Shown: positions 57,101-64,000 of the stretch, piece after piece | How the letters are laid out: every line of letters begins with the position of its first letter | How positions within the stretch are numbered: the stretch's first letter is position 1 | Source: Phallusia mammillata | Lineage: Eukaryota | Length of the DNA stretch: 64,000 bases | Direction of reading: 5' to 3' | Assembly: GCA_965637545.1 (NCBI GenBank) | Contig: OZ281494.1 | Coordinates: forward strand, 33,852,001-33,916,000 | Notes under the pieces: model-generated | Told to the model about the DNA's origin: nothing | The model's input: only the letters and a program-made list of their open reading frames with translations | The model's database searches: none | Made by a program: the position numbers and the translations under genes

Positions 57101-60100
57101 CACAGATAAGTTATGTGACCTGGAGAGACAACTTGCCAACATCATCTGTCAAGGATTTGATGATTGCTCGGGAATGGCATCAATTTTTAAAGTAATTACC
57201 AAGTCTGTTATTTGTATCAAATATTTGGTGGCAAATATAGGCCTTGAACATGAACAGATAGAGAGGAACATAATTACTTCAACAAGAAAACATGCACTTC
57301 AAGCCACATTTCGAAATCCACTTAGTTGGTTCAAACTTTAACAAAACAATACATCTGTGTCAAAGTCAGCAAACACGATAAATAGGGGATTGTAGTTCCT
57401 ATGTGTGTGCATTGTTAGTTAATCACTAAAATATATTTATGTAGGGATTTATTGAATTAAAACTTGACTTTTTACCTGTAGATGCTGAGCATTTTTGGAA
57501 GTCTGCTTGAACGGCCGATCATCAAAGCAGACTTTGACCACAAATATCCACAGCTTTTGGATAAATTCAACCACAGTCTTGATCTTGCTAAGAGGATATT
57601 TGATGACCATGTTTCCGAATCTGCTAACCAGGTAAATCCATGGAATCAACTTTGGTTTATTGCCGAACTTTGAGTCCATGATTTTCGCAAAATGTGGTAA
57701 AATACTTTTATGGTAGAAGTTAGAAGTTTACAGTCACATTTTGTCACATGATTTACACTATATATAAGGCAAATGTACTAAAAAACAGCATTCGTTTTGT
57801 TAAAAAGCCAATTGTTTCCAGCCAATTTTAAACCTTGCCATAAGTGTTTATTTATTTTATTTTATAATTACATTACTCATAAATCCACTTTCACACTGTT
57901 TTACTTACAGATAAATTGATAGCATGTAATAATGAATATAATACTAAATATATACAGAGTTGCGATGATATGCCGAACCCCCTGCGTCCGTGCGTTCACA
58001 AGAACCAACCACCAGTAGCTGGGCAATTAAAGTGGGCACAGGAACTTAAAGACAGGATCACTTGGCCTATGGAGTGGTTCAAACACATCAAACACCCGTA
58101 TGTTAACTCTAACTGTTTCACATATTTTAAATTTAGTGATTTTGTCAACATATTAAATGTTTGAAATGATACAATTAGTGTTGAGTTAGTGGTCCAGTGA
58201 TGTGGGTGCAAACAGCCATGTTTATTTCTCCATTAAACAATACAATAAATATGTAAATCAGAGTCTGCCAGGCCTATTGAAGGTGCTATAACAAATCACT
58301 GGCAAGGCGAAGGCCAGCCTGCGGTTAAATTCAAACCAACGACAGAACCCTTTCCAGGACTCACGCACTACCAACTGAGTTACCCAAGCTCAGCAGTGAA
58401 CTCTCTGAAAGTCGAATCACAAGCACCTTTGTCTGCCTTGTATGGACATCAGCTTTGTAGTAGGGATCGCCAGATTGATTTTTTTCCAATTTCTTGGCGT
58501 TTCCGATTTTTGATGTATTGTTTTGTTTGTCCTTTTCTGTTTCAATATTGCTAAATGTTTTGTGCAGGTGTTTGAAGACAGATGAAAGTGCGCTTGTCTT
58601 TGCCAAGCATGAACAAATGATAAAGCTCATTGAAGAGTAAGTTATTATTTTATGTTTGCTAAAGTTTTACACATGTTGTATTTTACCCTGTGATCTTTAA
58701 AGCCATATCCATATGAAACACCCAAGTTCTTATGAATAAAGGCTTGTTGAAAACTAATAAATTATAATCAGATACGAAGCAAAGATATATGAGCAATGGA
58801 CAAGTGGTGTCGAGGAGGCATGCAAGTTTAATCTCGGACAACCATTACTGAAAAGAAACCCTGACACTAATCTCATTTCTGTCAACTTTGACCCTCAGGT
58901 AAATGGACAATTAGTTAATTTTCACAGGTTCCATGATTGAATTACTTTTAACATCTGGGTATAGTGTTTCATGATTATTTTTGGCCAACTCAGAATATAA
59001 CAGTTAAACTCCTAATGGCATGACATAAAACTTTTTGCCCAAATGATTTTTATTGTAATACATTTTAGTTGGTTGCGGTTCTTCGTGAAGTTCGCTACTT
59101 GAAATATCTAGAGAGAAAAGACATTCCTGAAGTTGCCACCAATCTTTATGCAGACCATGACATGTTCAGAATGTACAGTGCAAACCTCGATCTTACAGTT
59201 GCCTGGTATAATGAGGTAAGTGTGATTTACATCAAACAACTCATAATAGATGTTGAGAAATGTCGGAAGCAATATGATTCTATGTAGTTTTTATGTTGTA
59301 CTCATTTGTTTCTAATGGTAGATGGTTAGAATGTAGGTGCCCCTGCTTTTAAATTTCTTTTCTGCCTAACTTATCTTTGAATGTGTGTCTTTGTCACAGC
59401 TTAACAATGTTGTCAGAGATTGTTTAAAATATATCCTTTATTAGGTCCTGGAGCTCATTTTATGATGGGCCCACAAATCGCAAGGATTTTTCTTTACAAT
59501 TTCTTTAACTAGCTCTTTATCAAAATAAATGTGATAGCATTTTTTTACCAAATACATTTGCTTCAAATATAAACCTAACCATCAGATGTAGAAAGTAAGG
59601 TCCACTGCAAAAGGACCAGAAACAAGGAATCAACACAAAAAGTATATTTAGGTTCGCAACACAATCCTAGATGTGGAATTTCCACTGGTTGAAGGTCAAC
59701 TGAAGGACATCGACGAGGTTTTGTTGCAAGCTGAAACCACACTTTGCTGGAGATCAGAAGGTAAATAGCCAATGTTGATACTTATTACTAGTGATGCACC
59801 GAAGTTTCGGTTGGCCGAAACATTTCGGCCGAATACGCTGTTTTTCGATGTTTCGGTTTCGGCCCGAACTTTTTTGACAATTTGGCCGAAACCGAACTTT
59901 TTGATTGCATGGAATTAATACCCCGACTTTCATTTTCGCCATTACGAAACATCATAAATGAACTATTTGTTGTATCTATAAAATACCTGCCACATTGTCT
60001 GCGAAATATTACAAGTTTAGTGAAGCTTTCGCATTGTGAAATTGATTTTGGTTTGTCATAATTGAGTTCACTTGCATCAACAACAACAAGGTTAAGTTAA

Positions 60101-63100
60101 AAACACCCATAAGAAATGCGGTTTTAGGTTCGGCCTGATTCGGCCGAAATTATTCGGCCTCGTGGCCGAATATTCGGTTTCGGCCCGAACCTTTTTAGGG
60201 GGGTTCGGTGCATCACTACTTATTACTGTATGTAAAAAAATCCTGCATCAAAAAGAAACTTCCTACTTAACGTCAGTTTTGTCTTGCTATTGCATTGAGA
60301 CCTGCACAGCTGCCTTCTTTAAGTTTCACTGTATCATTTTTTGATTTTGTTTAACTTAAACCCTGTCCCACAAGGGCAGGAACTTGGCCGAATGGCCTGG
60401 CGCGCCTGACCCATATACAGACATAAAACCTGATCGGGATTCGTCCTGGGTTCAAACCCTGTGAACGTCAAAGGGCAATTTTCAGTTCTCGGACTGTCGC
60501 CTGATTGTCGAAAAATACAATAAAAAAAACCCTGTCCCACAATGCTGTACTAGATGCTGAGATATGATTAGAACCCACTAGCTAAATAGCCCATACCAAC
60601 TGTTAATCATTAATCTTTGTGGCAAGATGAGGTTTTTTTACTCAAAACCATAAATTGTTTGTACCTAAACATGTATTAAATTTTTGTAGATATTTGGACT
60701 TACATTCAAGAAACACGGGACAAGGTAAATGACTTGCAAGTCAGAGTTCAGAAAACTAAATCCAATGTTGAGATGATTGAAACCATCATGAAGGTATGTT
60801 AAGTGGATCATTAATGATTTGATCAGATGACGGTGTCAATCCATTGTGTTTACCTGTTTAAAAATTTATCCCCCTTTTTTTCAAAGCATTTGGGACTATT
60901 TTGTTTTTTCGGAAATTCTTTTTGTTGAATACCTTATTCCAAAAAAGGCCTACACTAGAATAGGCTGTACTGAACAGCTTTTTCAACACTTGTGTCTTAG
61001 TCATAGTTCGCCAGGCCTATTAAAGGTGTAGTATTGAATAAAGTCGGCCTCCCAAGCATTCAAGTGTGATAAGACGTAGACTAGGAAACCTAGTTTGCAG
61101 TAAGATTTAAAGCCAAAAAAGTAGCCTTTCTTGTCTTTAAAACACTGAAATCTTGTGTTGCACCAGACATGGAGTGAAACACCTTTGTTCGATCGCAAGC
61201 AATCTAACATCGGTGCTTTGCTGAGTTTGGATGACAGAAAAGATCGAATTGCCAAGCGATATGCAAGCATTGGGGCGGATGGTGAAAAAATTCGCAAATG
61301 TATTCAGGTAAACTGTCTGATCTTCTATGCTAATAGTTCACACATCTCAAAAATGTGCTTTTGAAAGCATGGTTGTAGTCAGTGGTGCCATTAAAATAAC
61401 AATTACAAAACGTGTTTATTGACATTGAACAAAATTGGTGAAGCTTGGCTTTCAGGCCGTAAGGCTACATAAGCTCATGTGGCCAAAGTCTTGTTACCAA
61501 CTGCACTGACAAGACCTTGTAGGATAACAGTGTACATTGTCTGTAGCACATTTATTGATATGTTACTGAATTGTTTGACTTAATACTTGTTTTGTCTTTT
61601 CAGGAAAATCTTGAATATTTTGGTGCTGATGCCAACACAGAAGTATGGCAAGCATATGTCAGTCATATTGATGATATGGTCATCGATGGTTTCTTCAATT
61701 GCATCTATTGTTCACTAAACTACTTCATTGATAACACTGAGGTACCAACATATTTATTTAATTGTACTTTACTACTTTGTTTGCTTTTATATTTAAAGTT
61801 TCTTATATTTATTTGTTTGTTTCATTTTTACTCTTCATGTGTGGGCAATGCCGGAATTTATTATGCTTGCAATCAGTCTGTTGTTGGGCTGACTGTTTTG
61901 TTGCAAGTCCATTGGATCAATTCAATTTTTTGAATTGGGGTGTCAATGACTTTTAGTTCAACCCATCAAAAAGGGTTGTAGTGATGCCACTTTGACTTCT
62001 CTTTTAGAAAACCACATGTGTTTGAGACCAGATTAAAACCCTCAACTGCATAAGCTCAAAGCAGTTGCGCTATTCCTTCTGCCATTTTGACTTGGCAATC
62101 TATGCCTTTTTATTTGTTACCACTGCTTTTGAAGCATCTGCCACTCATGCAAGTTTACGACAACCACATTGTTTTTGATTTACAGCATGATGTTCAACCT
62201 CTGTTCATTGCTGAGCTGGAGTTGCAAGTTCCTGAGATGGTTTTCAGGCCTTCGTTGGTAGAAGGAACACAGGATGGCTTCCTTGAGCTTATCAACAGTT
62301 TGTTGACCGACATATACAACATGAGCACTTTGGTGCCTCGTGTGGCACCTCAAGTTGGCCACGAACACTATCTGGTGAGTAAATTTGTGATAATTGTCAA
62401 AATTGCATGGACCATACTAAATAAAACATTTTTACAAACGATTAAGGAATCTAATTGGGTGAAATGTAGTATTTTATTGGCTGTGACTTTATTGTATTTC
62501 TGGATAATATAATTGTAACTTCAATACCAAAGATGATTTCCAGCACTCTATATCAATTGCAATATTTATACAGTATGATACTTACATACTTTGTGTTTAC
62601 AATTTTATACTAACATCTCATAATGATTTTTTTATGATATAAACAAGTGACTTTAAAGGTTTTTGTCTAGTCTGGTGTTTCAATGTTAAATGGTTGCATT
62701 TGATTTCAATTATCTGGCAGTTTTACTTTATACATTAATTATATGTGTACTGATGTGTCATAACCAACGAAATCAAACTATTGTTGTTTTGTTATCAGGC
62801 TGACATGGAGGATATTGAGGAACTTGCCTCGATGAGAAACGACCTTCTAACCAGGGTACGCGATGTGATGGACAAGGCGATGGCTTATTCACAAGGATTT
62901 CTGGAGTATGGCAATCTTTGGACCGATGATCGCCAGGTATTTTAAGACACCACACTAAGTATTTGCCAAATTGTATTTTGCTTCAGTCAGGAAATATGTT
63001 TTTAAACATATATTTTTTTCACAACATACATATGCATCTGAAGATTTGCATTGTAAAATAACCTCATAATACAGTGTAGCTACAGTGCATTTAGTCATGA

Positions 63101-64000
63101 TCCACCAATTGTGCTCTCCACTATTTTGCACTCCATAACGTTTCAGCGCTGCACAGCTATTTCCGACTTGTATGTGTTTTTTACCAAGCTTTTACCAATT
63201 TTTTACCAAGAAATAAACTCAACTCATACCACCCATATCGGTAAATCAAATAAACCAAAGCCCCAAAACGTCACATTGTAATGTGTTTGAAGGAATTCAT
63301 GCGTCAGTTCCTCACATACGGTCACATTCTGACTCCAGAAGAAGTTGAAGCACATGCAGAGGATGGAGTACCAGAAACTCCTCCAACTCTCACACAGTTT
63401 AAGGAGCAGGTCAGTTCCCATGTGTCCGAGATTGCAGTTTGGTTTTAAAAACAGTTTAATTAAGTAATAAGTTAATAACCAACTACTTTTTTGTAAATGT
63501 TTAAAATTATATTGTACCCACAAGCAACAATTGCTGTAGTTTTTATGCCACTGTGCACAAATTGAACAATGCTTTTTTTTTCTCCCTCAAATTACCTATT
63601 TTAACTTTAACAACAAAATCGTAATGTTATGAATGTTAGGCTGAAATGTTTTTAGATTGGAAGGCCTACATGCTATGTTTAGCTTGTCATTGTTTGCATG
63701 TTTAACCCTTTTTGTTCTTTCCATAACAATTTGTTTGTTTTTTTCGCTGATGAAACCTTAATAGGGCGTTGATATGTTGATAGAAACAATATATTTGTTG
63801 GAAGACCATAAATGAGTTTATAAATTACTGCACATTTGATCACCAAGTCAACACAAGCTAAAGCACTTCATCTGTTTCTTACAGTTCCTCAAAATAATCT
63901 TTTATTCTTCTTGTTCAGATTGACTCATATGAGAATCAGTACCAAGTGATCAGCAATGTGAAACCCACGCAAGTATTTGATTCGTGGTTCCTCGTGCAAA
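51097..64000 (+). CDS. DNAH9-like: Axonemal outer-arm dynein heavy chain, beta type (DNAH9/11/17 clade), N-terminal ~1,064 aa; runs off the window
   Basis: 25 GT-AG exons with consistent phases (3193 nt). Motifs [74 protein letters not shown] and [11 protein letters not shown] are typical of the beta-DHC tail. Confidence 0.95.
51419..51463. repeat. 21-bp direct duplication (period 24) with two forkhead TGTTTAC sites
   Basis: ATGTTTACAGCAGGAGTTAAC at 51,419 and 51,443. Confidence 0.8.
51693..51829. mobile_element. Palindromic MITE flanked by TTAA (Kolobok/piggyBac-like)
   Basis: Arms AGGGGTGTATGTAAATACC..ACCACTTGGCCCCTGTGACCA and TGGTCACAGCGGCCAAGTGGTAATTACAGACACCC (inner 21 bp 20/21); TTAA at 51,689 and 51,830. 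Confidence 0.65.
52031..52233 (+). CDS. Dynein exon 2
   Basis: [19 protein letters not shown]...[12 protein letters not shown]. Confidence 0.9.
52494..52612 (+). CDS. Dynein exon 3
   Basis: GTYFVKK...[18 protein letters not shown]. Confidence 0.9.
52688..52992. mobile_element. hAT (Charlie-like) MITE, 305 bp, in dynein intron 3
   Basis: Perfect 15-bp TIR CAGTGGTTCCCAACC/GGTTGGGAACCACTG; perfect TSD GCTTAGAC. Confidence 0.92.
53333..53526 (+). CDS. Dynein exon 4
   Basis: [32 protein letters not shown]. Confidence 0.9.
53926..54097 (+). CDS. Dynein exon 5
   Basis: [31 protein letters not shown]. Confidence 0.92.
54398..54497 (+). CDS. Dynein exon 6
   Basis: [33 protein letters not shown]. 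Confidence 0.92.
54555..54640 (+). CDS. Dynein exon 7
   Basis: [19 protein letters not shown], after a 57-nt intron. Confidence 0.92.
54762..54887 (+). CDS. Dynein exon 8
   Basis: [32 protein letters not shown]. Confidence 0.92.
54938..55215. mobile_element. Older hAT MITE, 278 bp, in dynein intron 8
   Basis: CACTGATTATCAATC ... GTTTGAGAACCACTG; TSD CTCTACAT/CTCTAAAT (7/8). Confidence 0.7.
55417..55560 (+). CDS. Dynein exon 9
   Basis: [22 protein letters not shown]. Confidence 0.92.
55896..55985 (+). CDS. Dynein exon 10
   Basis: [30 protein letters not shown]. Confidence 0.9.
56344..56511 (+). CDS. Dynein exon 11
   Basis: [24 protein letters not shown]. Confidence 0.92.
57075..57191 (+). 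CDS. Dynein exon 12
   Basis: [28 protein letters not shown]. Confidence 0.92.
57482..57631 (+). CDS. Dynein exon 13
   Basis: [19 protein letters not shown]. Confidence 0.92.
57958..58097 (+). CDS. Dynein exon 14
   Basis: [21 protein letters not shown]. Confidence 0.9.
58568..58636 (+). CDS. Dynein exon 15
   Basis: [22 protein letters not shown], phase 2-2. Confidence 0.88.
58772..58898 (+). CDS. Dynein exon 16
   Basis: [26 protein letters not shown]. Confidence 0.92.
59069..59215 (+). CDS. Dynein exon 17
   Basis: [22 protein letters not shown]. Confidence 0.92.
59652..59760 (+). CDS. Dynein exon 18
   Basis: [28 protein letters not shown]. Confidence 0.92.
59789..60218. mobile_element. 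hAT (Ac-like) MITE, 430 bp, in dynein intron 18
   Basis: Perfect 15-bp TIR TAGTGATGCACCGAA/TTCGGTGCATCACTA; perfect TSD CTTATTAC; subterminal arrays of TTCGGC/GCCGAA. Confidence 0.95.
60374..60526 (+). mobile_element. Full-length short tRNA-derived SINE with 16-bp TSD
   Basis: A-box TGGCCGAATGG, B-box GGGTTCAAACCC, AATAAAAAAA tail; TSD AAACCCTGTCCCACAA at 60,358-60,373 and 60,527-60,542. Confidence 0.85.
60690..60793 (+). CDS. Dynein exon 19
   Basis: [35 protein letters not shown]. Confidence 0.92.
61167..61307 (+). CDS. Dynein exon 20
   Basis: [29 protein letters not shown]. Confidence 0.92.
61604..61741 (+). CDS. Dynein exon 21
   Basis: [38 protein letters not shown]. Confidence 0.92.
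62186..62374 (+). CDS. Dynein exon 22
   Basis: [27 protein letters not shown]. Confidence 0.92.
62799..62936 (+). CDS. Dynein exon 23
   Basis: [23 protein letters not shown]. Confidence 0.92.
63293..63409 (+). CDS. Dynein exon 24
   Basis: [39 protein letters not shown]. Confidence 0.92.
63919..64000 (+). CDS. Dynein exon 25 (truncated by the window end)
   Basis: [16 protein letters not shown]. Confidence 0.88.
   Translation, partial: MDSYENQYQVISNVKPTQVFDSWFLVQ

Overview
AT-rich eukaryotic genomic DNA from an invertebrate. A tunicate-like compact genome is my inference from intron sizes, MITE types and a mosaic CpG pattern. Two spliced + strand protein-coding loci can be rebuilt by hand. 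(1) An uncharacterised LDL-receptor class A (LDLa) gene at 32,314-49,599. All its junctions are phase 1, which allows a 571-aa form (signal peptide, 4 LDLa, Ser/Thr mucin stalk, EGF, GPI-type tail) and a 425-aa secreted form ending in a different Pro-rich terminal exon. A two-gene model is not excluded. (2) The first 25 coding exons (about 1,064 codons) of an axonemal outer-arm beta-type dynein heavy chain (DNAH9/11/17 clade), from 51,097 to beyond the window end. The first ~31 kb has no recognisable gene. It holds hAT and Tigger MITEs, tRNA-derived SINEs, degenerate tandem repeats and CpG/CRE-rich regulatory-looking islands. The most notable hidden signal is four minimal hammerhead-ribozyme motifs of the Penelope/retrozyme type (20.8, 21.4, 37.8, 39.3 kb); two of them are copies of one family. 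No CRISPR array, rRNA or intact tRNA gene was seen. All coordinates were read by eye and no searches were run.
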